Below the pieces are notes generated by a model. The model was not told the origin of the DNA, made no database searches, and was given only the letters and a program-made list of their open reading frames with translations. Positions 10,271 through 19,813 of a DNA stretch of 64,000 bases are shown piece by piece (position 1 is the stretch's first letter; each line of letters begins with the position of its first letter). Source of the DNA: Candidatus Poribacteria bacterium (GTDB taxonomy: Bacteria; Poribacteria; WGA-4E; WGA-3G). The stretch covers positions 1-64,000 of the forward strand of contig CBDBFU010000005.1 of NCBI GenBank assembly GCA_965205025.1, in the 5' to 3' direction. The position numbers and the translations under genes are program-made.

Positions 10271-11560
10271 ATGTACTTAATTCAAGGGTTATACATTGCT
10301 CTTTCTGCAATTTGGACAAACAAGATACGCTCATTACTAACTATGCTTGGTATTATCATAGGAATTGCTGCGGTGTTAGCAATGATAGCAATTGGTGATG
10401 GTGCAAAGGAAATTGTTAGACAAGACGTGCAGAAGTTGGGTGGGGCAAATCAATTTCTGATTCTCTATACTGGGTATAAATGGAAGGGAAATAGAAGAAC
10501 AAAGATACGAAGTAATGAATACTTGGAATTTGAGGATGTGTTAGCTATTCAGTCTGAATGTTCTGCTGTGAAGGCAGTTACGCCAAGAATTGGGAATTGG
10601 GCAGGCGTGTTAATTCAATCAGCGGATGGTGTTGGAACGCGTGCGGGTTGGAATGGGGTGGATTCTACCTATACAAAAGTTATGAATTGGGATATTAAAG
10701 AAGGACGATTCATTACTGATGAAGATGTAGCACATGCAACAAAAGTCTGTGTGCTTGGTGATGAGGTAGCAACAGAACTTTTTGGAGAGAAATCCGCTTT
10801 GGGACAAGAGGTAAAAATTGCTCGACACAGTGACTATTACATAAAAAAAGGAACTCGATTGACTGAGCGTTTCAGGGTCATAGGCACATTGAAACCAAGG
10901 GGAAGAAGTCTTCGGTTTGGATGGAGTTTTGATAACCTTGCTTTTATCCCAATAACCACTGTACAAGAACGTTTCACCGGTAGTAATCGCCTACAAGAAA
11001 TCGCGGTTTATGCTCATTCAGTTGAACAGGTTTCAAAGGCGATTGAGCAAGTAAAATCTGTCATCCGGAAACGCCACAGAAATCAAGATGACTTTATCCG
11101 GATTTTTGAAATGCGCGTAGGTATGGCACAATTGGAAAAAATCAGTCAGGTGATAAAGATATCATTGGGAAGTATTGCAGGATTTTCGCTACTTGTTGGT
11201 GGTATTGGAATAATGAATATGATGTTAGTTGCCGTAGGTGAGCGTACCCAAGAAATCGGTTTAAGGAAAGCAGTGGGTGCAAAGAATCTGAATATTTTAA
11301 TACAGTTTTTGATGGAAGCAGTTGTTATGTGTGGGGTAGGCGGTGTGCTTGGTATCGGTATTGGCATTCTTACAGCTGAAGGACTGACACTTCTTGCTAT
11401 CAAAATAGTCAAAATCGTTCCCGATTGGCCGGCTGTTCTCTCAATAAACTGGGTATTGATTTCAATGACATTTTCAACTGTTATCGGTATAGTGTTCGGG
11501 ATCTACCCTGCAATAAAAGCTTCTATGCTTACCCCAATAGAAGCCTTACGTACTGATTAA
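10271..11560 (+). CDS. MacB/FtsX-family ABC transporter permease
   Basis: RSLLTMLGIIIGIAAV, GGIGIMNMMLVAV.ERT.EIGLRKAVGA, C-terminal PIEALR. Confidence 0.92.
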   Translation: MYLIQGLYIALSAIWTNKIRSLLTMLGIIIGIAAVLAMIAIGDGAKEIVRQDVQKLGGANQFLILYTGYKWKGNRRTKIRSNEYLEFEDVLAIQSECSAVKAVTPRIGNWAGVLIQSADGVGTRAGWNGVDSTYTKVMNWDIKEGRFITDEDVAHATKVCVLGDEVATELFGEKSALGQEVKIARHSDYYIKKGTRLTERFRVIGTLKPRGRSLRFGWSFDNLAFIPITTVQERFTGSNRLQEIAVYAHSVEQVSKAIEQVKSVIRKRHRNQDDFIRIFEMRVGMAQLEKISQVIKISLGSIAGFSLLVGGIGIMNMMLVAVGERTQEIGLRKAVGAKNLNILIQFLMEAVVMCGVGGVLGIGIGILTAEGLTLLAIKIVKIVPDWPAVLSINWVLISMTFSTVIGIVFGIYPAIKASMLTPIEALRTD

Positions 11561-11637
11561 TCTGAAGATTTTTATTTTATAAGTCTAATTTGAAATGTAA
11601 ACTATTTTGTTTGTAAGTATTGACTTACTAAGGACCA

Positions 11638-13413
11638 ATGTTGGATATGTCCAAGAAAGAACAGAAATGGGGAATTACGAGGATTGCTACCCGATTATTA
11701 GGTTTTCTTAAACCGTATTGGGGCTTAGCTTTTTTGTGTGTACTTCTTCAAGCTGGATTTCGGGCTCTCCACTTGGTTAATCCATGGGTGGAAGGACAAC
11801 TTCTTGATCGCGTCTTTGGTCAAAAAGATGCTGATTATCTATACATACTTGTGTGTTTATGGATTGGTGTTGTCCTTTCTACCTATATCATGGGACTGGC
11901 AACGACATATCTTAATGTCAAAATCAAAGGGCAAACCCGTCGTGATCTGAAAATACTGGTTTACAAACACCTACGTTTCCTACCTTTCCGTTTCTACGAT
12001 AACCATACAACAGGACAGATCATGGCTTATATGAATTCTGATACCGGTGCTGCTACAAGTGGTGTTTTTGCAAGTGTACGGATAATTCTTGCGGGGATTG
12101 AATTTGTTATTACTCTGACAGTCTTATCGATGGTTAATCCGTGGTTAGGTGTTTATAGTATTCCTTTTACTCTACTCGTGGTGGTGCTTCCAGTTCTTTT
12201 TAGAGGTCCGGTAAAAAATGCAGCGAAACAAGTACTATACGAAAAAGAAAAAATAACATCTCGACTCCAAGAGGGTATTGCAGGATCACGAGAGATAAAA
12301 GCATTAGGGCATGAGATACAAGACATGGGGGTCATCCAGCGTTCAATAGAAACCCTTCTCAAGACACAACTCCGTCAGACTTTAACCGATTCTTTGACCC
12401 AGCTTGGACCTCTTGCTTCGTTATTAGGAAATCCTATTTTCTTTCTTATTGGTGGAATAATGGTGCTTGATGGACACATCAGTGTTGGTTATTTATGGAT
12501 GGCTAACCGTTATTTAAATCTCCTTGTCGTTCCGTTATATAATGCACGTAATGAATATCAAAACCTACTCAAAGCTGGAGAAGGGGCAAAGCGGGTTTTT
12601 ACTTTTTTCGATGAAAACCGGACTGAAACAAACGAAGGAATTGAGGATGTTAATATTCAGGGGAAAGTACGTTTTGAAAAAGTTCATTTCGGCTACGATG
12701 ATACTACAGAAGTCCTACAGAACATCAGTTTTGAGGTGTCACCAGGACAACTTGTAGCACTCATAGGTCCAAGTGGGGCAGGGAAAAGCACAATTCTCAA
12801 TCTAATACCTCGTTTTTATGAAACGACTAAAGGAACTATATATGTTGATGATCACGATATAAAGACTTTCAAGTTGCAGAACTTCCGATCTCATATCGGC
12901 ACGGTATTTCAATCACCCTATCTCTTTTCAGGAACAATTGATGACAATATTCGGTTAGGAGCACAATACCCAGAAAAGGTAAAAAAAGAAGACATTATTG
13001 ATGCTGCAACAGCAGCTAACGCACACAATTTTATTACGAAGTTAAAGGATGGTTACGCCACTGAGATAGGTGAACGAGGTGTTAAGCTTTCTGGAGGGGA
13101 ACGTCAACGTATTGCTATCGCACGTGTGCTGCTTCGAAACCCGAGAATTCTCATTTTAGATGAAGCCACTTCTGCCCTTGATTCAGAAACAGAGCATGTC
13201 GTGACAGAAGCATTAGAACGACTGATGAAAGACAGGACATCGTTTGTTATTGCACATCGGTTGTCTACTGTGCAAAATGCCGATGTAATTTTTTCTGTGG
13301 AAAATGGGCAAATTGTGGAACAAGGAACACATCATGAGTTGTTAAATCAGAATGGGATCTATGCCCGTATATACCACTTACAATTTGCTATATCCAACAA
13401 TTCGAAATTATAA
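11638..13413 (+). CDS. ABC exporter, fused permease/ATPase (MsbA/Sav1866-like)
   Basis: Walker A GPSGAGKS, LSGGERQR, ILDEATSALD, AHRLST; N-terminal transmembrane domain. Confidence 0.93.
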   Translation: MLDMSKKEQKWGITRIATRLLGFLKPYWGLAFLCVLLQAGFRALHLVNPWVEGQLLDRVFGQKDADYLYILVCLWIGVVLSTYIMGLATTYLNVKIKGQTRRDLKILVYKHLRFLPFRFYDNHTTGQIMAYMNSDTGAATSGVFASVRIILAGIEFVITLTVLSMVNPWLGVYSIPFTLLVVVLPVLFRGPVKNAAKQVLYEKEKITSRLQEGIAGSREIKALGHEIQDMGVIQRSIETLLKTQLRQTLTDSLTQLGPLASLLGNPIFFLIGGIMVLDGHISVGYLWMANRYLNLLVVPLYNARNEYQNLLKAGEGAKRVFTFFDENRTETNEGIEDVNIQGKVRFEKVHFGYDDTTEVLQNISFEVSPGQLVALIGPSGAGKSTILNLIPRFYETTKGTIYVDDHDIKTFKLQNFRSHIGTVFQSPYLFSGTIDDNIRLGAQYPEKVKKEDIIDAATAANAHNFITKLKDGYATEIGERGVKLSGGERQRIAIARVLLRNPRILILDEATSALDSETEHVVTEALERLMKDRTSFVIAHRLSTVQNADVIFSVENGQIVEQGTHHELLNQNGIYARIYHLQFAISNNSKL

Positions 13414-13527
13414 CAATATAAAATTTACTTAAAGGATGTCCTCTTTTCTACTTTTTGTTATTAACTAATTAAAACTGACCTAACTATAGTAGTATCATGT
13501 ATATAGAGACTAAATCGGAGTTATAAA

Positions 13528-14055
13528 ATGTTAGAGGATGAATTTCTCTCACTATTTAATAAACATCATAAACAAGTATATCGACATGCTTTCTATCTCT
13601 TGAAAAATACTGAGAGTGCCGAAGACATGACCCAAGAGACATTCATTAAGGCATGGCAACTGAAAAATGAATTAAGACAGTCTACCGTTCATTCTTGGCT
13701 ACTAAAATGTGTTCAGAATCTCTGTTTCAATGAATTGAAGAGACGAAAACATCAAGTATACCCTTCAGATGAATTTACTGATATTGTTGATAATTTGCAT
13801 CACTCTGAATCCGTACAACACGTACAGTCTCCTGAAAAGATTGTTTGTAATGACGAGACTAAAAGGTTAGTTCATCAGGCAATTGGCAAATTGCCACCAA
13901 GACTACGACTCATCGTTGTGATGCGGGAATTAGATGATATGAGTTATAGCGATATTTCAGAAGTAATTGGAATACCAGAAGGCACTGTGAAGTCCACCCT
14001 ATATCGAGCCAGAAAGAAGTTACGGAAAATACTGAGTATTATGTTGGAGAAGTAA
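13528..14055 (+). CDS. ECF RNA polymerase sigma factor
   Basis: AEDMTQETFIKAW (region 2) and SYSDISEVIGIPEGTVKSTLYRARKKL (region 4). Confidence 0.93.
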   Translation: MLEDEFLSLFNKHHKQVYRHAFYLLKNTESAEDMTQETFIKAWQLKNELRQSTVHSWLLKCVQNLCFNELKRRKHQVYPSDEFTDIVDNLHHSESVQHVQSPEKIVCNDETKRLVHQAIGKLPPRLRLIVVMRELDDMSYSDISEVIGIPEGTVKSTLYRARKKLRKILSIMLEK

Positions 14056-14056
14056 A

Positions 14057-14464
14057 ATGAACCAAGAAATGTCATGTTTACAATGCGAAGATTCATTAGA
14101 TAAATACCTCGACAATGAATTAGACGCAGAAACGTATTTATTGATTTCAAGCCATTTACAGGATTGTCAAAAGTGTCAATACACATATAAGTTGGCACAG
14201 GTAATTGATGAAGCACTATGTGATCTGCCTTCACCAGAACCCTCCCTGAAGTTATACAACCAAGTTACAGACTATATCGACTGTACTACTGATGATAGCA
14301 GATGGGAACAACTACCACTGTTTAACATTACAGCAATACCCCAATCATCAATGGAAGATGATGAAGTAATTGATACTATGTCACCTGAATCAAATTGGAT
14401 TCAATTAACTTTACAAGACATATCCGAGCTTCATGAAGAATTGATTACTCCGAATAATAAGTAA
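14057..14464 (+). CDS. zf-HC2 (ZAS) anti-sigma factor, apparently soluble
   Basis: YLDNEL...HLQDCQKC (HxxxCxxC); directly after the sigma gene; acidic C-terminus with no TM helix. Confidence 0.85.
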   Translation: MNQEMSCLQCEDSLDKYLDNELDAETYLLISSHLQDCQKCQYTYKLAQVIDEALCDLPSPEPSLKLYNQVTDYIDCTTDDSRWEQLPLFNITAIPQSSMEDDEVIDTMSPESNWIQLTLQDISELHEELITPNNK

Positions 14465-14505
14465 TCTAAATATAAATTAAGAATCTAAAGCAAAGGAGAA
14501 TCATT

Positions 14506-15678
14506 ATGTATCTAACTATCAATAGAGATAATTTAATAACTGCATTATTAAAATTAGAGGATGTTGTTAATAGCAACGACCCATCATCAATACAATCAAA
14601 CATACTTATACAGACAAGGGGTGATCGAATTGAATTGACTGCTACAGATTTAGAAATAACCATTCAAACTACAACTTATTGTGCAGTTATAGAAGATGGT
14701 AAAGTAGCGGTATCGGGTAAACACATGACAGACATAATATATAATCTACCCTCAAAAACTCAAATTGATATTTCATCAAGTAATGAGAGCGATGTATTAG
14801 AAATCTCATGTACAGAAGGTAGGTATAAACTTAGGACGGTTCCAGTTAATTATTTCTCGGTCTTGCCTACACTACATGGATCAATTCTTTCAATAGAAGA
14901 TCAGAGCTTACATTCACTGATTCACAAGACTGCATTTGTTGTAGGTGAAAACGCGGTTAGTAAGAGTATTTTTAGTAATCCTATGAATGGATTATTCTTT
15001 AATATTGATAAAGATACAACTGAAATTGTTGCAACAAATGGAGCAATTGCTCTATCATTGGCAAAATTTAATTTAAAAAAACATTCAAATGAGTCCAATA
15101 GTTTTCAATTTATTCTACCTCTAAAATCAGCTCAAAATATCATAAGACATATTTCTGATACTTCTGAACTATCCGTATGCATTGAAGTCGATAAAGGAAA
15201 GAATAAAAAGAATAATAGTTTTTCTTATATGCAGGTTAATGATGGTAGTACTAAAATAACATCTAAAGTCTTAGGTGGAGGAGCTTATCCAGAATATCAA
15301 GTTATTTTCGCAAAAGATATTATTGGAGGAATTAGAATTAATCGTAAGAGATTGATAGAAGGATTAGAACGAGTATCCGTTTTATCAAGTCCTGAACTTA
15401 ATAGGGTGAAATTATCAATTCAGCCAGATAAACTAATCCTATCCTCTGAAACAGATAATTTAGGTGAAGCATTAGAAGAGATAGATATTGAACATATTGA
15501 TGATGAAACTATGATAGATGTTTATCTAAATGCTAAACACTTAATTGATGGATTACTACACATGAAGAGTGATGAAGTGATAATGGAATATAGTACTGAT
15601 AGATTACCGGTTTTTTTCAAATCTATTCCTGAAGAAAACCATGTTTTTGTATTATGTCCAATGAAATTAATGGATTAA
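14506..15678 (+). CDS. Divergent DNA polymerase III beta clamp (DnaN) paralogue
   Basis: LTATDLEITI, IVATNG, YPEYQ, LNAKHLID, VLCPMK; 390 aa; AAAGGAG RBS; no dnaA/recF context. Confidence 0.85.
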   Translation: MYLTINRDNLITALLKLEDVVNSNDPSSIQSNILIQTRGDRIELTATDLEITIQTTTYCAVIEDGKVAVSGKHMTDIIYNLPSKTQIDISSSNESDVLEISCTEGRYKLRTVPVNYFSVLPTLHGSILSIEDQSLHSLIHKTAFVVGENAVSKSIFSNPMNGLFFNIDKDTTEIVATNGAIALSLAKFNLKKHSNESNSFQFILPLKSAQNIIRHISDTSELSVCIEVDKGKNKKNNSFSYMQVNDGSTKITSKVLGGGAYPEYQVIFAKDIIGGIRINRKRLIEGLERVSVLSSPELNRVKLSIQPDKLILSSETDNLGEALEEIDIEHIDDETMIDVYLNAKHLIDGLLHMKSDEVIMEYSTDRLPVFFKSIPEENHVFVLCPMKLMD

Positions 15679-15813
15679 CGATTGTGAGGTATCCAATTCA
15701 ACCCATTACCATGCCATTTGATAGGATTCATTAGGCGTTGGGAACAAAGTTTCCAGTGGTTGCGGACATGCTTGCTACAGTTTGATAAGCCTTTAGCCAT
15801 CATAATAGAAAAA

Positions 15814-17547
15814 ATGAAGAATATACTTAGGATATTATCTTATCTAAAACCTTATTGGTTTTTTCAACTGCTCTATATTTGCTCTACCCTTGGATATTTC
15901 GGAGGCGAATTAGCACTCCCATGGATCGAAAAACTGTTAATTGACGATGTTTTTAATCAAAATAACTCGGATATGCTTTTACCGACTGTTGGGCTTTATA
16001 TTTTAACAGCATTCATTATGTTCCTTTTTGCATTTTGTCAGCTCTATTTCTCAACTAAGGTATCTGAAAACGTTTCAAAAGACATTCAACATGCTGCATA
16101 CCATCACCTACGCAAATTAGGATTTCCTTTTTATGATAGTCAGAAGACAGGTAGGACTATGTCTTTATTTAAATCTGATATTCCAACAGCAATCGGATTG
16201 CGAGTTTTAGTGGGAACTTATCTCATTGATGGTGCCAAACTTATCATTACTATTGTCATAATAACGTCTATTAGTTGGCAGTTGTGTATTTTCACTCTAC
16301 TGCTTGTAGCGATGAATACTCTTGTACCCATTTTTTTGGATAAACCACTACGGAAAGTTGGGGAGGAAATTCAAGAACAGAAGGCTTCACTATCAGGCAA
16401 TCTACAAGAGGGTATTGCAGGATCCCGAGAACTCAAAGGGCTTGGTAAGGAGTTCTTTGACTTAACGAAGATCCATCAATCACTTACACGTCTTATCTCA
16501 CTTAATATCAAACAGACTATCGTAAAACAAGTTGGTAATGTCAATGTGGTTTTAGTCTGGATAGCAATTGCACTGATATTTCTAATCGGAGGTAGACAGG
16601 TTTTAAATGGGAATATGACAGTCGGTGAAGTTTTTGCTATAACAAGGTATTTTAGCCTTGTTTATCGTCCGCTTAATTCCCTAATAGGTGTTCATCTTGG
16701 TCTTCCACTGAAAATGGTTGCAGCCCGTAGAGTTTTCGCATTCTTTGACGAATTTGAGGAAGAATCCCAAGATGGGAAACCTATAAAGGAACTTGTTGGA
16801 AAGGTTCAATTTTCTAATGTCTCTTTTGGATACAGTGACGAGCAACCTGTCCTAATCGACATAAATTTTCAAACAGAACCAGGGGAGACAGTTGCGGTTG
16901 TTGGACCCAGTGGGACAGGAAAAAGCACATTGATGAACTTAATTCCGCGTTTCTATGAACCCCAAAAAGGTACCATACTGATAGACACTACTCCCATTAA
17001 CGATATTCAGATTCAATCGTTGCGTGATCACATCGGTATAGTTTTTCAAGATCCATATCTATTTGCAGAAAGTATTAGATATAATATATGTTTGGGTGCA
17101 CATGATCCCGATTCAGTTTCCCATGAAAGTATAGTTACAGCTGCCAAATTAGCGAACGCACACAACTTCATCATGAACTTTCCAGAACAATACGAAACCA
17201 AAGTCGGGGAACGCGGTGTAAGATTATCTGGCGGTGAGCAACAACGGATTGCTATCGCCCGTGTTCTAATAAGAGACCCGAAGATTCTGATTTTCGATGA
17301 AGCAACATCGTCGTTAGATGCGGATTCTGAGGCACTCGTCCAAGAAGCACTGACACGCCTTATGAAAGGACGTACAAGTTTTGTAATTGCTCATTGTCTC
17401 TCCACTGTTCTGAACGCCGATAAGATCCTTGTACTCAACGGTGGAAAACTTGTTGAGTTTGGAAAACATGCCGAACTAATTCAACACAAGGGAGTATATC
17501 ATGATATGTTTCAAAAACAATTCTCGGGAATGAAGGAAGGTGTGTAA
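15814..17547 (+). CDS. ABC exporter, fused permease/ATPase (paralogue of 11638-13413)
   Basis: GPSGTGKS, LSGGEQQR, FDEATSSLD; shares LQEGIAGSRE with the upstream paralogue. ATG start chosen; the ORF is open from 15718. Confidence 0.92.
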   Translation: MKNILRILSYLKPYWFFQLLYICSTLGYFGGELALPWIEKLLIDDVFNQNNSDMLLPTVGLYILTAFIMFLFAFCQLYFSTKVSENVSKDIQHAAYHHLRKLGFPFYDSQKTGRTMSLFKSDIPTAIGLRVLVGTYLIDGAKLIITIVIITSISWQLCIFTLLLVAMNTLVPIFLDKPLRKVGEEIQEQKASLSGNLQEGIAGSRELKGLGKEFFDLTKIHQSLTRLISLNIKQTIVKQVGNVNVVLVWIAIALIFLIGGRQVLNGNMTVGEVFAITRYFSLVYRPLNSLIGVHLGLPLKMVAARRVFAFFDEFEEESQDGKPIKELVGKVQFSNVSFGYSDEQPVLIDINFQTEPGETVAVVGPSGTGKSTLMNLIPRFYEPQKGTILIDTTPINDIQIQSLRDHIGIVFQDPYLFAESIRYNICLGAHDPDSVSHESIVTAAKLANAHNFIMNFPEQYETKVGERGVRLSGGEQQRIAIARVLIRDPKILIFDEATSSLDADSEALVQEALTRLMKGRTSFVIAHCLSTVLNADKILVLNGGKLVEFGKHAELIQHKGVYHDMFQKQFSGMKEGV

Positions 17548-17750
17548 ATTTTTCGCATAGGAATACCGTTGTATTTCAGGACTTTTTGTGTCTTGCCTGT
17601 CACCACAACACCTTCATAAAGTCATAGATATATGTAGTAGAAAAGATAGGGTATAAATAAACTCTTGCGTCATCCAATAATATAATACCAACTCTAATTG
17701 ATTAGTTTACATTATAGGCATTAGGAAATAGTTTTTTATTTTAAAGTTAT

Positions 17751-17780
17751 TTCTATAAACATTCCGTCCCTACGGGACTC
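17751..17780 (-). repeat. REP-like hairpin, GTCCC-GTA-GGGAC family
   Basis: Near reverse complement of AGTCCCGTAGGGACGGAATGTCTATAGAA, which occurs near 37970, 38021, 46538, 49134 and 49185. Confidence 0.75.
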
Positions 17781-17989
17781 AGTATATGTTAAGACGTATA
17801 TTCTATAGACAGACCGTTTCTACACCCCTCCAATTTTTACAGCTAATTAGTCCTATTTATGGGTTGATTCACCGTATCGATACATAATATTACTTATACC
17901 GAATCCATGATAAAAAATAATCATAAAAAGATGCAACCAATCTTAAACTCATTTGTATTACTATTATCCATTGCGCGTGGAGTTGCGAA

Positions 17990-18520
17990 ATGACTGAAGA
18001 GGAATTCCTTGAATTAGTCCGTAAACATCAAGATCAAGTATATCGGCATACGCTATACCTTCTAAAAAACATTGAAGACGCTAAGGATATGACACAAGAA
18101 ACTTTCATGAAGGCATGGCAACATCGCTCAAAATTGAGACAAGATACGGTTCGTTATTGGTTACTAAAATGTGCTCGAAATCTTTGTTTCAATAAAATAA
18201 GAAGACGAAAGTTTCAAGTACATTTATCTGATGAAGAAGATAGTGATTCGTTAGAGATATTATTACAGGAACATTCACATCAGTCAAATCCATCTCCAGA
18301 GGAGAATACTATTAATCTGGAAACAAAACAGTTGGTACATCAGGCTATCGCAGAATTACCTCCAGATATACGATCAATAGTAATTATGCGGGAATTAGAG
18401 GAAATGAGCTACAAAGAAATTGCAAAGGTTGTAAAACAATCCGAAAATACTATTAAATCCACTGTCTTTCGGGCACGGAAGAAATTACGGGAGATATTGA
18501 ACCGTCTAATGGAGATATAA
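17990..18520 (+). CDS. ECF RNA polymerase sigma factor (paralogue of 13528-14055)
   Basis: DAKDMTQETFMKAW, SYKEIAKVV...TIKSTVFRARKKL. Confidence 0.93.
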   Translation: MTEEEFLELVRKHQDQVYRHTLYLLKNIEDAKDMTQETFMKAWQHRSKLRQDTVRYWLLKCARNLCFNKIRRRKFQVHLSDEEDSDSLEILLQEHSHQSNPSPEENTINLETKQLVHQAIAELPPDIRSIVIMRELEEMSYKEIAKVVKQSENTIKSTVFRARKKLREILNRLMEI

Positions 18521-18523
18521 TCA

Positions 18524-19195
18524 ATGCTACAACAACCATACATAAATACATGCTCTGACATCCAAACATACATGGAAGAATATGTTGCAGGAGAATTAGA
18601 TTCTCAAACAGAATCCACAATCAGATCACATCTCACCACATGTGACGCCTGTCAACAAGAATTCCGTATGGCACAGATGATTGATACAGTATTAGATGAT
18701 TTGGAAAAACCGACTTCTCCACCAGAGGTTTTAAGAGAAGTTACAGCTTTTGTCAGGGCAAATCAGAAAAATTATGGTTGGTTACATCGGATTTTAGATT
18801 TCTCACATGTTGCGTCATACTTAAGTTCACCTTTATTACGTATCAGCACATTGATTTTCATTATCGGTATGATGTTAATCGGTATTCACCAATATCGCAG
18901 ATATGTTGTTGTAGAACAAGCAAAAGACGAATTCTATTATGCTATGAGTAAAATGCAGACTGCAGTACAAAAAACAAGTTTAGGAGTAAATGAAAGTTTC
19001 ACATCACTTAACATTGACGATGCCCCAAATCGTGCACTAAAACCAACAATAGAAATCTCATCATCAATTCAAAACACTTTTGATATCCTTCACATTATAA
19101 CAGGTTCAGATAAACCAGAAAAACAAGATTCAATTAGGTCAATAGATAATTCAATAGATCAAAATAAGCAATTAACAGGAGATAATACACAATGA
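18524..19195 (+). CDS. Membrane-anchored zf-HC2 anti-sigma factor
   Basis: HLTTCDAC motif and one TM segment (ISTLIFIIGMMLIGI). Confidence 0.85.
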   Translation: MLQQPYINTCSDIQTYMEEYVAGELDSQTESTIRSHLTTCDACQQEFRMAQMIDTVLDDLEKPTSPPEVLREVTAFVRANQKNYGWLHRILDFSHVASYLSSPLLRISTLIFIIGMMLIGIHQYRRYVVVEQAKDEFYYAMSKMQTAVQKTSLGVNESFTSLNIDDAPNRALKPTIEISSSIQNTFDILHIITGSDKPEKQDSIRSIDNSIDQNKQLTGDNTQ

Positions 19196-19749
19196 AACGT
19201 CTTACACTTACGATCTTATTTGTCACGGTCTGCTTTTTTGGCAGTACTATAGCACAGACCGATGCCATCCGTGGAAAAATAAATATGAAATTACCTAATA
19301 ATCCAGCTCCAACGGTTGAAGTTAACTTAGACCAATCATTTTTCAATCTCTTTATCAAGTTTACACTTAATCTTCCCGAATATGGGGAGTATGCAGAAAT
19401 GATTGATGGGATTTACGTTCATAGTTATGATAAACAGTCATTAGAATTGGACAATATGAAAAGCAATTTCCAAGAAACACTGAAAACCGAAAATTGGGAG
19501 CAGATCGTCAAGGTAAAGGACGAACTTCACGTCAGTATGCTCTTTGCTGAAACACCCGGTGTACTAAACGGTATTTTTGTGTCCTTCACTGATAAACAGA
19601 ACACTACCTTTGTGAATGTTTTTGGTGAAATTGATTTCCAAAAACTTGGTATCCTCTTTGGAAAAATTATGGAAACCAAACCTGATTTCATGAAGAACAT
19701 CAAAATCGATGGTAATTTTGGAATTAATAGTGATAAGGACAAAGATTGA
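19192..19749 (+). CDS. DUF4252-like exported protein
   Basis: Signal peptide; VEVNL...IDGIYVHSY...WEQIVKV...FVNVFGEID pattern; ECF/anti-sigma context. Confidence 0.7.
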   Translation: MKRLTLTILFVTVCFFGSTIAQTDAIRGKINMKLPNNPAPTVEVNLDQSFFNLFIKFTLNLPEYGEYAEMIDGIYVHSYDKQSLELDNMKSNFQETLKTENWEQIVKVKDELHVSMLFAETPGVLNGIFVSFTDKQNTTFVNVFGEIDFQKLGILFGKIMETKPDFMKNIKIDGNFGINSDKDKD

Positions 19750-19813
19750 AAAACACTTCTTCCAGAAAGCAAGGAATTTATTTATACCCATTACATTTAC
19801 AGGAGAAAAGACC

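Noticed and set aside
14506-15678. Replication origin region
   Set aside because: No dnaA, recF or gyrB nearby, and no DnaA-box cluster noticed.
17385-17410. AHCLST instead of AHRLST in the second ABC ATPase
   Set aside because: The catalytic His, Walker motifs and signature are retained; a single substitution of little evident consequence.
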